A DNA stretch of 64,000 bases from Hyphomicrobiales bacterium (GCA_043768765.1 JAYVKC010000002.1:18206-82205); one strand, 5' to 3'; counted from the first letter of the stretch, positions 51,838 through 61,524 are shown. Program-made: numbers and translations. The notes: generated by a model not told the origin, from the letters alone.

Positions 51838-52517
51838 ACGAACTCGATCTGAAAAAAGTCGGTGTGCGCGGCATCAACTCCACGCTGCATGAGCTGCCGA
51901 AAAACACCAACGAAAAACACTGGGTCATCCGCAACCCCATGGGCCAGCACGCGATTGCCGTCGGCATTGATGGACCATTGCAGATCGACATCAAGGGCCA
52001 TGTTGGGTTCTATTGCGGTGGCATGAACAAGGATGCGGAAATTGTCATCGATGGCCATGCCGGTGTTGGCACCGCCGAAAACATGATGTCGGGATTGGTC
52101 TGGGTGAAAGGCAACACATCGGAATCCGCTGGGGCCACCGGAAATGGTGGATTGCTGGTTGTTGATGGTGACGCCTCATCGCGCTGCGGCATTTCGATGA
52201 AGGGCATTGATATTGTCGTCGGTGGTTCGGTGGGCCATATGTCAGCCTTCATGGCCCAGCGCGGCAATCTCGTTGTCTGCGGCGATGCCGGCGAAGCACT
52301 CGGCGATTCCATCTATGAAGCGCGCCTTTATGTGAAAGGCAAGGTTGCCAATCTCGGAGCGGATTGCATCGAGAAAGAAGTTCGCGCCGAACACCTTGAG
52401 GATTTGGCCAAGTTGCTCGACCGCGCCAAACGCAAAGAGAGACCCGAGCAGTTCCGGCGCTATGGCTCGGCGCGCAAGCTTTATACATTTAGTGTTGACC
52501 ATGCGGATTCGTATTAG
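51834..52517 (+). CDS. mgsB: N-methylglutamate synthase subunit B (GXGXG-motif glutamate synthase domain-3 homologue)
   Basis: About 227 aa. GTG start overlapping the mgsA stop (GTGA). Repeated G-x-G-x-G beta-helix motifs (GHAGVGTAE, VVGGSVGHM). Confidence 0.7.
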   Translation: MNELDLKKVGVRGINSTLHELPKNTNEKHWVIRNPMGQHAIAVGIDGPLQIDIKGHVGFYCGGMNKDAEIVIDGHAGVGTAENMMSGLVWVKGNTSESAGATGNGGLLVVDGDASSRCGISMKGIDIVVGGSVGHMSAFMAQRGNLVVCGDAGEALGDSIYEARLYVKGKVANLGADCIEKEVRAEHLEDLAKLLDRAKRKERPEQFRRYGSARKLYTFSVDHADSY

Positions 52518-52551
52518 CGTGACAATGATTAAATCGATTCTTCTCTTCAAC

Positions 52552-52636
52552 CCGTCATTCCCGCGAAAGCGGGAACCCAACTTGTCCGCAAGTTCGCGTG
52601 CTGAAAGTTGGATCCCCGCTTTCGCGGGGATGACGG
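52552..52636. repeat. MITE-like nested palindromic element between mgsB and mgsC
   Basis: 24-nt inverted arms CCGTCATTCCCGCGAAAGCGGGAA (52552-52575) and TCCCCGCTTTCGCGGGGATGACGG (52613-52636). These flank an inner stem CCAACTT...AAGTTGG and a core palindrome AACTTG-TCCG-CAAGTT. The arm is shared with the 41260-41291 element. Confidence 0.65.
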
Positions 52637-52657
52637 TTTATGAGTTAAAGGTATAAA

Positions 52658-53986
52658 ATGGATCCCAACATCCCCCGTACCCTGCCGCGCAAATCAGCGA
52701 CCTTCGACGATCACACGCTGTCGGAAATCCGCCGCGCTGCCACAACGGGCATCTATGACATCCGCGGTGCCGGTGCCAAACGCAAGCTGCCGCATTTTGA
52801 TGATCTGCTGTTTCTCGGCGCGTCGATCTCGCGCGATCCGCTCGAAGGCTACCGCGAAAAATGCGGCACTGATGTGGTTCTTGGCACGCGCTTTGCGAAA
52901 AAACCGATTCACCTCAAAATCCCGATCACCATTGCAGGCATGAGTTTCGGCTCGCTCTCCGCCAATGCAAAAGAAGCGTTGGGACGCGGTGCTTCTGCTG
53001 CGGGCACATCGACGACCACAGGCGATGGTGGCATGACGCCGGAAGAGCGCGGGCAATCGAAGCATCTGGTTTATCAATATCTCCCGTCGCGCTATGGCAT
53101 GAACCCGGATGACTTGCGCAAGGCCGATGCCATTGAAGTTGTCGTGGGGCAAGGTGCCAAGCCTGGTGGTGGTGGCATGTTGCTGGGGCAAAAAATTTCG
53201 GATCGCGTTGCAGCGATGCGCTGTTTGCCGAAAGGCATCGACCAACGCTCCGCCTGCCGCCATCCGGACTGGACCGGGCCTGATGATCTTGAAATCAAGA
53301 TTCAGGAACTGCGCGAAATCACCAATTGGGAAAAACCGATCTATGTGAAAGTTGGCGGGGCACGGCCCTACTACGACACAGCGCTTGCAGTGAAATCCGG
53401 TGCGGATGTTGTTGTCGTCGATGGCATGCAAGGTGGCACTGCCGCAACACAGGAAGTGTTCATCGAGCATGTCGGCATGCCCACCCTCGCCTGCATCCGG
53501 CCTGCGGTGAGAGCGCTGCAGGAATTGAACATGCACCGCAAAGTGCAGCTCATTGTCTCCGGCGGCATTCGCAATGGTGCTGATGTGGCCAAGGCCTTGG
53601 CGCTGGGAGCGGATGCAGTTTCGATTGGCACGGCGGCACTTGTGGCGCTGGGTGACAACGATCCGCATTACGAAGACGAATACAACAAGCTTGGCACAAC
53701 AGCGGGCGCTTATGACGACTGGCACGAGGGCCGCGATCCGGCGGGTATCACCACGCAGGATCCCGAATTGATGAAGCGGCTTGATCCGGTGAAAGCGGGC
53801 AAACGCCTGTACAATTATCTCAAGGTGCTCACACTCGAAGCGCAAACCATCGCCCGTGCCAATGGCAAGTCGCATGTCCACAATCTGGAACCCGAAGACC
53901 TCTGTGCACTGACGATTGAAGCGGCTGCCATGGCCGGTGTGCCATTGGCGGGTACGAATTGGATTCCGGGACGCGGAAATTACTGA
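52658..53986 (+). CDS. mgsC: N-methylglutamate synthase subunit C (FMN-dependent glutamate synthase central-domain homologue)
   Basis: 442 aa. FMN/TIM-barrel glutamate-synthase motifs (…VVVDGMQGGTAA…, …SGGIRNGADVAKALALGAD…). Confidence 0.8.
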   Translation: MDPNIPRTLPRKSATFDDHTLSEIRRAATTGIYDIRGAGAKRKLPHFDDLLFLGASISRDPLEGYREKCGTDVVLGTRFAKKPIHLKIPITIAGMSFGSLSANAKEALGRGASAAGTSTTTGDGGMTPEERGQSKHLVYQYLPSRYGMNPDDLRKADAIEVVVGQGAKPGGGGMLLGQKISDRVAAMRCLPKGIDQRSACRHPDWTGPDDLEIKIQELREITNWEKPIYVKVGGARPYYDTALAVKSGADVVVVDGMQGGTAATQEVFIEHVGMPTLACIRPAVRALQELNMHRKVQLIVSGGIRNGADVAKALALGADAVSIGTAALVALGDNDPHYEDEYNKLGTTAGAYDDWHEGRDPAGITTQDPELMKRLDPVKAGKRLYNYLKVLTLEAQTIARANGKSHVHNLEPEDLCALTIEAAAMAGVPLAGTNWIPGRGNY

Positions 53987-53999
53987 AAGGGGAAACACC

Positions 54000-55307
54000 A
54001 TGAGCATCGATCTTTCGGCGCACGCCAAGAAGCAGGGTATCAAATATTTCCTGTTCAATTTCACCGATCTGTTCGGCACGCAACGCGCCAAGCTGGTGCC
54101 GGCTGAAATGGTCAACCGGATGCAGAAAGCGGGCGCTGGATTTGCGGGCTTCGCCACCTGGCTCGACCAAACACCTGCACACCCAGACATTCTGGTGATG
54201 CCTGATCCCGATTCACTCATCCAGTTGCCGTGGAAGCCGGAAGTGGCGTGGATGGCGGGCGATCCGTGGATGGAGGGCAAGCCCTTGGCGCAAGCGCCGC
54301 GCCTTGCGTTGAAAAACGCGGTGGCCGCCGCCGCGCAAAAGAAAATGACCATGATGGTGGGTTGCGAACCGGAGTTCCATCTCATCACGCCGGATGGATC
54401 AGCACCTTCGGACGCGCGCGATTCGCAGGAGAAACCCTGCTACGATCAAACCGCCATCATGCGGCGCATCGATGTGATCGGTGAAATCTGTTCGATCATG
54501 ACGCAACTGGGTTGGGGTCCTTATCAAAACGACCATGAAGATGCGAATGGCCAGTTCGAGATCAACTGGAATTACAATGATGCGCTGACGACAGCTGATC
54601 AACTCGCCTTCTTCAAATTTCTGGTGAAGTCGATTGCCGAAAAGCATGGTCTGCGCGCCACCTTCATGCCGAAACCCTTCATCAATCTCACCGGCAACGG
54701 CAACCACGCGCATATTTCGGTGTGGGACAAGAAGGGTGGCAAGAATCTTTTTGACGATGACAAGGACGAGAAGGGCCTGTCACAACTCGCCTATCATTTC
54801 ATCGGCGGTCTGATCCATCACGCGGATTCGCTGGTGGCGATCACCAATCCAACGGTGAACTCCTACAAGCGCATCAACGCGCCGCGCACACTGTCGGGTG
54901 CAACATGGTCACCCAACACGGTGACCTTCGGCGGCAACAACCGCACCCACATGGTGCGCATTCCCGATGCCGGCCGCATTGAGTTCCGCTTGCCTGACCC
55001 TTCCGCCAATCCCTACCTGATGCTGGCCGGCATTCTCGCCAGCGGCATGGATGGCATCGACAATAAACGTTCACCGGGCAAACGCCTCGACATCGACATG
55101 TACGCCGAAGGCCACACGGTGAAGGGTGCGAAGAAACTGCCGCTCAATCTGCTCGATGCACTGCGCAATCTGGAGAAAAACACGGTGTTGCGTGAAGCCC
55201 TGGGCGCTGAAACTTTTGATGGCTATCTCAAGCTCAAGCACGCTGAGTGGAACCAATACTGCCGCCACCTCACCCAGTGGGAGCGCGACACGACGCTGGA
55301 TTGTTGA
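54000..55307 (+). CDS. gmaS: Gamma-glutamylmethylamide synthetase (glutamine synthetase type III-like)
   Basis: About 435 aa from MSIDLSAHAKKQGIKYFLFNFTDLFG (GS beta-grasp). GS catalytic domain (NGNHAHISVWD). AAAGGGGA RBS. Confidence 0.75.
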   Translation: MSIDLSAHAKKQGIKYFLFNFTDLFGTQRAKLVPAEMVNRMQKAGAGFAGFATWLDQTPAHPDILVMPDPDSLIQLPWKPEVAWMAGDPWMEGKPLAQAPRLALKNAVAAAAQKKMTMMVGCEPEFHLITPDGSAPSDARDSQEKPCYDQTAIMRRIDVIGEICSIMTQLGWGPYQNDHEDANGQFEINWNYNDALTTADQLAFFKFLVKSIAEKHGLRATFMPKPFINLTGNGNHAHISVWDKKGGKNLFDDDKDEKGLSQLAYHFIGGLIHHADSLVAITNPTVNSYKRINAPRTLSGATWSPNTVTFGGNNRTHMVRIPDAGRIEFRLPDPSANPYLMLAGILASGMDGIDNKRSPGKRLDIDMYAEGHTVKGAKKLPLNLLDALRNLEKNTVLREALGAETFDGYLKLKHAEWNQYCRHLTQWERDTTLDC

Positions 55308-55338
55308 TGAGCACTGCCGGAATATGCGGTTCAAACTT

Positions 55339-55491
55339 CCTTCTCCCCTTGCGGGAGAAGGTGGATCGCGCTGCATGCGCGAGCCGGATGAGGGGGTCGT
55401 TCCGAGCGCAAAGTGTTGGCAGCAGAGTGTCTGATTGGCCCCCCCTCATCTGTCAGCCTGCGGCTGACATCTTCTCCCGCGAGGGGAGAAG
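55339..55491. repeat. Cluster of four hairpins in the gmaS-mgdA spacer
   Basis: CTTCTCCCC-TTGC-GGGAGAAG (55339-55360). GATGAGGGGG...CCCCCTCATC (55388-55450). TGTCAGCC-TGC-GGCTGACA (55451-55469). CTTCTCCC-GCGAG-GGGAGAAG (55471-55491). The last overlaps the mgdA RBS. Confidence 0.6.
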
Positions 55492-55497
55492 AAAGCA

Positions 55498-56748
55498 GTG
55501 AAATACTCAGCCTTCTCCATTTTCAAGAATGCCCTGTCGGGTCACAAGAACTGGCAGCCGGCCTGGCGTGACCCGGAGCCTCAACCCGAATATGATGTCA
55601 TTATCGTGGGCGGTGGCGGGCATGGGCTGGCGACGGCTTATTATCTTGCCAAGGAACATGGGCTGAAGAACATTGCCGTACTGGAAAAAGGCTGGCTCGG
55701 CTCCGGCAACATCGGGCGCAACACCACCATCATCCGCTCAAACTACATGCTGCCCGGCAACAATCCTTTCTACGAACTCTCGATGAAATTGTGGGAGGGG
55801 CTGGAACAGGATTTCAACTTCAACGCCATGGTCTCGCAACGTGGCGTGTTGAACTTGTGTCACACCGATGCACAACGTGATGCCTTCGCGCGGCGTGGCA
55901 ATGCCATGCGCATTGATGGCGTTGATGCGGAACTGCTGGACCGCGACGATGTGCGCGCGATGTATCCGTACTTCGACTATGACAACGCGCGCTTTCCGAT
56001 CAAAGGTGGATTGTTGCAACGGCGCGGCGGCACGGTGCGGCATGATGCTGTCGCGTGGGGTTATGCACGCGGTGCGGATTCGCGCGGTGTTGATGTGATA
56101 CAGAATTGCGAAGTGAAAGGCATCACAATCGAGAATGGCCGTGTGACCGGCGTTGAAACATCGCGTGGATCAATCAAGTGCAAAAAGCTCGGTCTTGCAG
56201 CTGCCGGGCATTCGTCCGAAGTTGCCGCGATGGCGGGATTGAAGCTGCCCATTGAAAGCCACGTGTTGCAGGCCTTCGTATCGGAAGGCTTGAAACCCTT
56301 CATCGATGGCGTCGTGACCTTTGGTGCCGGCCATTTCTACATCTCGCAATCAGACAAGGGCGGGCTGGTGTTTGGCGGCGATCTGGATGGCTACAACTCC
56401 TATGCTCGGCGCGGCAATCTGCCAATGATCGAGCATGTGGTCGAAGGCGGCATCGCCATGATCCCGGCCCTGTCACGGGTTCGCCTGTTGCGAAGCTGGG
56501 GTGGTGTGATGGACATGTCCATGGATGGATCGCCGATTATCGACAAAACCTCCGTACACGGATTATATCTCAACGCCGGATGGTGCTACGGCGGGTTCAA
56601 GGCCACACCGGCATCCGGATTCTGCTTCGCGCATCTCATCAGCCGCGACGAACCGCACCCAACCGCAACTGCGTATCGCTTGGACCGTTTCCGGCGCGGC
56701 TACACGCTTGATGAAAAAGGCCAGGGTGCCACGCCCAATCTGCACTGA
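55498..56748 (+). CDS. mgdA: N-methylglutamate dehydrogenase subunit A (sarcosine oxidase beta-subunit-like FAD oxidoreductase)
   Basis: 416 aa. GTG start. FAD Rossmann motif YDVIIVGGGGHGLATAYYLA. Confidence 0.75.
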   Translation: MKYSAFSIFKNALSGHKNWQPAWRDPEPQPEYDVIIVGGGGHGLATAYYLAKEHGLKNIAVLEKGWLGSGNIGRNTTIIRSNYMLPGNNPFYELSMKLWEGLEQDFNFNAMVSQRGVLNLCHTDAQRDAFARRGNAMRIDGVDAELLDRDDVRAMYPYFDYDNARFPIKGGLLQRRGGTVRHDAVAWGYARGADSRGVDVIQNCEVKGITIENGRVTGVETSRGSIKCKKLGLAAAGHSSEVAAMAGLKLPIESHVLQAFVSEGLKPFIDGVVTFGAGHFYISQSDKGGLVFGGDLDGYNSYARRGNLPMIEHVVEGGIAMIPALSRVRLLRSWGGVMDMSMDGSPIIDKTSVHGLYLNAGWCYGGFKATPASGFCFAHLISRDEPHPTATAYRLDRFRRGYTLDEKGQGATPNLH

Positions 56749-56898
56749 CATGAATCAGAACATCTGGCAAATCGGTTGCTCCACCACAACGTCGTCCTCC
56801 GCGAAGGCGGAGGACGCAACTTTGCACAGGGTCAAGTTGGATGGTCCGCCTGCGCGGATCATGACGGTATATTGGGGAGATTTGGTGGGGAAAGCATC

Positions 56899-57156
56899 AT
56901 GCTGATCCCTTGCCCCCATTGCGGAACGCGGCCCGTGGAGGAATTCACGTTTCTCGGTGATGCAAAGCCGAAACGACCCACATCCCCTGACATGGAAGAG
57001 TGGTTTGACTACGTCTATTTGCGCGACAATCCGCGTGGTTCATTTGATGAATATGTCCACCATACCGGCGGATGCCGCCAGTGGCTGGTGATGACGCGCA
57101 ACACTGAAACCCATGAGGTGAGTGGCGCAGTGGCGGCGAAAGACTACAATAAATGA
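56899..57156 (+). CDS. mgdB: N-methylglutamate dehydrogenase subunit B (sarcosine oxidase delta-subunit-like)
   Basis: 85 aa from MLIPCPHCGTRPVEEFTFLGDA (SoxD zinc-ribbon-like CPHCG). Located within the longer ORF 56776. Confidence 0.75.
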   Translation: MLIPCPHCGTRPVEEFTFLGDAKPKRPTSPDMEEWFDYVYLRDNPRGSFDEYVHHTGGCRQWLVMTRNTETHEVSGAVAAKDYNK

Positions 57157-60011
57157 GTGGCTTCCGTCTCAAGAGCGGCGGCCTCATTGATCGCGGCGCG
57201 CTGCTGAATTTTACCTTCGATGGCAAATCCTTCACCGGCTTTGCAGGCGACACACTTGCATCCGCGTTGATCGCCAACGGCGTGCATCTGATGGGGCGGT
57301 CGTTCAAGTATCACCGCCCGCGTGGTGCCATCACGGCGGGTGCGGCAGAGCCCAATGCGCTGGTGGAATTGCGCAGCGGTGGACGCAAAGAAGCCAACAC
57401 CCGCGCCACGATGATCGAGCTCTACGATGGACTTGAAGCGAACAGCCAGAACCGCTGGCCATCTCTCGATTTTGACATTGGTGCCATCAACTCACTTGCG
57501 TCACATTTTTTCGTTGCAGGTTTCTACTACAAGACTTTCATGTGGCCGAAAAGTTTCTGGGAAAAAATCTACGAGCCGCTGATCCGCAAAGCGGCGGGAC
57601 TGGGAACCGCGTCAAAAGAAGTCGATCCCGACACCTACGAAAAGGCTTACGCCCACTGTGAGTTGTTGGTGATCGGCTCCGGCCCCGCAGGTTTGATGGC
57701 GGCACTGGCGGGTGCGCGTTCAGGTGCGCGCGTAATCCTTGCTGATGAGCATGCGCGTTTCGGTGGTTCGTTGTTGTGGGAACAGGACGAGATTGACGGC
57801 AAGCCAGCTCGCGTGTGGGCGCTGGAAATCATCGCTGAACTTGCATCCATGCCCAACGTCACACTGATGCCGCGCACCACCATCTTCGGCTGGTTCGATG
57901 GCAATGTGTTTGGTGCGGTTGAGCGCGTGAACGATCACGTTGCCGTGCCGCCAGCGCATCAACCACGTCAACGCTATTGGCGCATCTTTGCGAAAAAAGC
58001 AGTACTTGCGGCTGGTGCAGAAGAACGTCCCATCGTGTTTGGTGGCAATGATGTGCCCGGCGTCATGACCGCTTCCGCATCACGCAAGTATGCGAGCCAG
58101 TATGGCGTCGCATCGGGACAAAGCATTGCAGTGTTTGCCAACAATACGTCAGGTGGCCGCACGGTCAGGGACCTGCAAGCGCACGGCCTCGACGCATTCA
58201 CTGCCAGCATCGTTGACGTCAAGGGTCGCAAGCTGGTTTCGTCTGCGCTGCTGGCTGACGGCTCTGATGCATCGTGCGATGCCGTTGCGATGTCTGGTGG
58301 GTGGTCGCCAATTGTGAATCTGATGTGCCATCGCGGTGCCAAACCTGTGTGGAATGATCATCTCGCCTGCTTCCTGCCGCCGGATGTCGGCAGTAACTTT
58401 GTCGCTGCAGGCTCCGCCAATGGCAAATTCACGCTTGCAGAATGTCTGGGTGATGGTGCTGCGAAAGGAACGTTGCGTGGCAAACCTCCGGCAATTCCCA
58501 AGTGCAGCGATGACACATTCAGCATTACACCGCTGTGGTGGGTGAAGGAGTCCACCGGCAAGGCCTTCGTTGACTACCAGAACGATGCCACGGCGAAAGA
58601 CCTGCCGCTGGCAGCGCGTGAAGGCTACTCTGGCATCGAACTCGCCAAGCGCTATACCACCGCTGGCATGGCAACCGATCAGGGCAAACTTGGCAATGTG
58701 AATGCGATAGCCATTCTGGCCGAAGCGACGGGCAAGTCCATCGCACACGTAGGCACCACGACATTCCGGCCGTTTTACACGCCAGTGTCATTCGGAGCTT
58801 TCGCCGGGCATTCCAAGAGCCATCATTTCCAGCCAGTCCGCAGAACACCGTTGCATGAGTGGGCGCAAGAGCAGGGAGCTGTATTCGTTGAGACCGGACT
58901 GTGGATGCGTTCTTCCTGGTTTCCGCGACAAGGTGAGGACTGGCTGGCCGCAGCTTCGCGCGAGGTGCTCAGTACACGGAACAATGTCGGGCTGTGCGAT
59001 GTGTCAACCCTCGGCAAGATCGACATCCAGGGTGCCGACGCTGGAGTCTTACTCGATAGACTCTACTGCAACACCTTCTCCACGCTCGCCATTGGCAAAG
59101 CACGATATGGCTTGATGCTGCGTGAAGATGGTATCGTGATGGACGATGGCACCACGTCGCGCCTTGCCGACGATCACTTCATCATGACGACAACCACGGC
59201 CAACGCGGCAAAGATCATGTCGCATATTGAGTTCTGCCATCAGGCGCTGTGGCCGGAGCTTGATGTGACGTATGCTTCCGTCACCGAGCAGTGGGCGCAG
59301 ATGGCTGTCGCTGGGCCGAAAGCGCGGGCGACGTTGCAGAACGTGGTTGATGACATCACGCTCAACGATGAGACCATGCCCTATCTTGCGGCGCGGGAAG
59401 TCACTGTGCTTGGAGGCATCGAGGCGCGGCTGTTCCGCATTTCGTTCTCAGGTGAACATGCCTATGAACTTGCGGTGCCTGCCGACTATGGCAACGTGGT
59501 TGCGCGCGCGCTGATGCGGGCTGGGCAAGAGTTCGGCATTACACCCTATGGCGTGGAAGCGCTCTCCATCATGCGCATCGAGAAGGGGCATGTCGCGGGC
59601 GGCGAATTGAATGGCACCACCACGGCAGGCGATTTGGGTCTTGGCAAGATGATGTCCACCAAGAAGGACTACATCGGCCGCATGATGGCCACCCGTGATG
59701 GTTTGGTTGATCCGAACCGGCAATGCGTCGTCGGCATTCGCCCCGTGAACAAGGCTGACAAAATCCGCTCCGGCTCGCATCTCTTGAAGCGCGGTGACAA
59801 ACCTTCAATGGCCAACGATCAAGGTTATATTTCGTCCGTCGCGTGGTCGCCCATGTTGAACATATGGCTCGGTCTCGTCCTGCTATCCAATGGCCGCGCA
59901 CGTCATGGCGAAGTGATGCAGGTGTTTGATGGCCTGCGCGACATCCACATGCTGGCCGAAATCTGCGATCCTGTGCATTTCGATGCGAAGAACGCGAGGC
60001 TGCATGACTGA
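57153..60011 (+). CDS. mgdC: N-methylglutamate dehydrogenase subunit C (sarcosine oxidase alpha-subunit-like, aminomethyltransferase/GcvT fold)
   Basis: 952 aa. 2Fe-2S/NAD-binding N-terminus (ELLVIGSGPAGLMAAL). C-terminal folate-binding GcvT-like domain. Confidence 0.8.
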   Translation: MSGFRLKSGGLIDRGALLNFTFDGKSFTGFAGDTLASALIANGVHLMGRSFKYHRPRGAITAGAAEPNALVELRSGGRKEANTRATMIELYDGLEANSQNRWPSLDFDIGAINSLASHFFVAGFYYKTFMWPKSFWEKIYEPLIRKAAGLGTASKEVDPDTYEKAYAHCELLVIGSGPAGLMAALAGARSGARVILADEHARFGGSLLWEQDEIDGKPARVWALEIIAELASMPNVTLMPRTTIFGWFDGNVFGAVERVNDHVAVPPAHQPRQRYWRIFAKKAVLAAGAEERPIVFGGNDVPGVMTASASRKYASQYGVASGQSIAVFANNTSGGRTVRDLQAHGLDAFTASIVDVKGRKLVSSALLADGSDASCDAVAMSGGWSPIVNLMCHRGAKPVWNDHLACFLPPDVGSNFVAAGSANGKFTLAECLGDGAAKGTLRGKPPAIPKCSDDTFSITPLWWVKESTGKAFVDYQNDATAKDLPLAAREGYSGIELAKRYTTAGMATDQGKLGNVNAIAILAEATGKSIAHVGTTTFRPFYTPVSFGAFAGHSKSHHFQPVRRTPLHEWAQEQGAVFVETGLWMRSSWFPRQGEDWLAAASREVLSTRNNVGLCDVSTLGKIDIQGADAGVLLDRLYCNTFSTLAIGKARYGLMLREDGIVMDDGTTSRLADDHFIMTTTTANAAKIMSHIEFCHQALWPELDVTYASVTEQWAQMAVAGPKARATLQNVVDDITLNDETMPYLAAREVTVLGGIEARLFRISFSGEHAYELAVPADYGNVVARALMRAGQEFGITPYGVEALSIMRIEKGHVAGGELNGTTTAGDLGLGKMMSTKKDYIGRMMATRDGLVDPNRQCVVGIRPVNKADKIRSGSHLLKRGDKPSMANDQGYISSVAWSPMLNIWLGLVLLSNGRARHGEVMQVFDGLRDIHMLAEICDPVHFDAKNARLHD

Positions 60012-60537
60012 GGCCCGCACTCTGCCGCTGCGCAATGTCGCAAAGCCGAGGCGCTTTGGCGCAATAGCGGGAGCGCATGGCCTCACACTCACCATCGTTC
60101 ATCCCGTCATGCTGGTCGCCGTCATCGCACGAAAGGGCAAGTCGAAGCCAGTTGCAGCTGCGCTGAAGACATTGCAGAGCGGTACCGTGATGTGGGCGGG
60201 ACCAGACCAGTATTTTGTTGAAGGTGTTCGACACACGGAATTGAAGAAGCAACTGGGTACTGACGCTTCCGTCATCGATCAAAGCCATGGCCGCGTCATC
60301 ATTCGTGTCAGTGGCCCGAAAGCGCGGGCGGTGCTGGCCAAGGGAACACCGGTTGATCTGCATACGGATCACTTTCCCGTGGGCAAATCGGCGATGACGC
60401 AGATGGCGCATGTCGGTGTGCACCTCACGCGCACGGGTGCCGATGAGTTCACGCTATCGGTGTTCCGGGGGTTCTCCGAGAGTTTTTGGGAGTGGCTGAC
60501 GGATTCCGCGTTGGAGTTTGGGTTTCACGTTTCCTGA
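60004..60537 (+). CDS. mgdD: N-methylglutamate dehydrogenase subunit D (sarcosine oxidase gamma-subunit-like)
   Basis: About 177 aa from MTEARTLPLRN. ATG overlaps the mgdC stop (ATGACTGA). Confidence 0.7.
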   Translation: MTEARTLPLRNVAKPRRFGAIAGAHGLTLTIVHPVMLVAVIARKGKSKPVAAALKTLQSGTVMWAGPDQYFVEGVRHTELKKQLGTDASVIDQSHGRVIIRVSGPKARAVLAKGTPVDLHTDHFPVGKSAMTQMAHVGVHLTRTGADEFTLSVFRGFSESFWEWLTDSALEFGFHVS

Positions 60538-60666
60538 ACCAGCCACAAGTTGCCCTTTGACCACCGCTGGTCACATTCAGGTGATTTTGCAGGACACCAC
60601 TGGCATCCGACAAAGGTATCAACGTATCAAGTACCCAGTCAAATAGAATGATGGAGCCGTGGCGTT

Positions 60667-61524
60667 TTGACCAGAAAATTTGCAGGGCAAGTCATTCTTG
60701 CCGTTATGGCAATCGGGCTGTCATTTGGTTTACATCAAACGGCCTCGGCCCAGGACGCCTTCAAATCGCCTGATGTGCTGGTGCTTGGCGACTCGCAACT
60801 CAGCTTTGGCGCAGGTGTTGCCTTCATCGAATTTCTCAAAAAGAATGGCAAAGCCTGTGGCCTCAACCCGAATTGGTCGATCGGCGTTCTTGGTGTGCGG
60901 TCGAGTTCTCTCCGTGCCTGGACCGCCCGGGATGGCGGCGGCAAGAAAGCCATCTGCGACGTTGATCCAAAATGGAAAGTGAACGCTGGTTCATTCGGTG
61001 TCATCAACAAGACCAGCAACAAATATGTGCAAATCGGACAAGGCGATGCATATCAATTCTGTGCGACCGGGAAATCGCCCTTCCAGTCGATGTTCGCTGG
61101 CGGATACTACAACCCCAAGATTTTTGTCATGGCCTTTCTTGGCAACGCCACGGAGCGGTGGGCGAACAGCGAGGCTGATGCCCTGGATGATGTCAAAAGA
61201 ACAATGCTGGATTTGCCAGGTGATCTGCCTTGCATTTTCATGACAACGGCGCCGGGCTACACAGCAAAGATCAATGACGAACGCCAAAGGGCGCAGGACA
61301 ATATCGAAAAGGCATTCAAGACAGCGGGCAAGCGCTGCACGTTCGTTCAAGGTTACACACCTGCCACGATCGCCGCCAACCAGGGCAATGCCGGCAAGTT
61401 CCGCCTGAAACCAGATGGCACGGTGAAAGACCCCTATCATCCCACCGAGAATTCCGCGCGCGAGTTTTTGTCCCTGATCAAGGGATCGTTGTGCAACGCC
61501 TTCAGGACTGAGTTGGCGGGATAG
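60667..61524 (+). CDS. Secreted SGNH/GDSL-family hydrolase-like protein
   Basis: 285 aa. Signal peptide (AVMAIGLSFGLHQTASA). GDS(Q) block I (VLVLGDSQLSFG) and C-terminal DxxH-like block (DPYHPTE). Confidence 0.5.
   Translation: MTRKFAGQVILAVMAIGLSFGLHQTASAQDAFKSPDVLVLGDSQLSFGAGVAFIEFLKKNGKACGLNPNWSIGVLGVRSSSLRAWTARDGGGKKAICDVDPKWKVNAGSFGVINKTSNKYVQIGQGDAYQFCATGKSPFQSMFAGGYYNPKIFVMAFLGNATERWANSEADALDDVKRTMLDLPGDLPCIFMTTAPGYTAKINDERQRAQDNIEKAFKTAGKRCTFVQGYTPATIAANQGNAGKFRLKPDGTVKDPYHPTENSAREFLSLIKGSLCNAFRTELAG

Noticed and set aside
52694-54388. 564-aa minus-strand ORF antisense to mgsC/gmaS
   Set aside because: Antisense to two genes with strong enzyme motifs. No motif of its own.
55308-55497. 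Possible CRISPR-like array because of repeated CTTCTCCC/GGGAGAAG units
   Set aside because: Only two copies, and they are inverted-repeat arms of hairpins rather than evenly spaced direct repeats with unique spacers. No cas genes.
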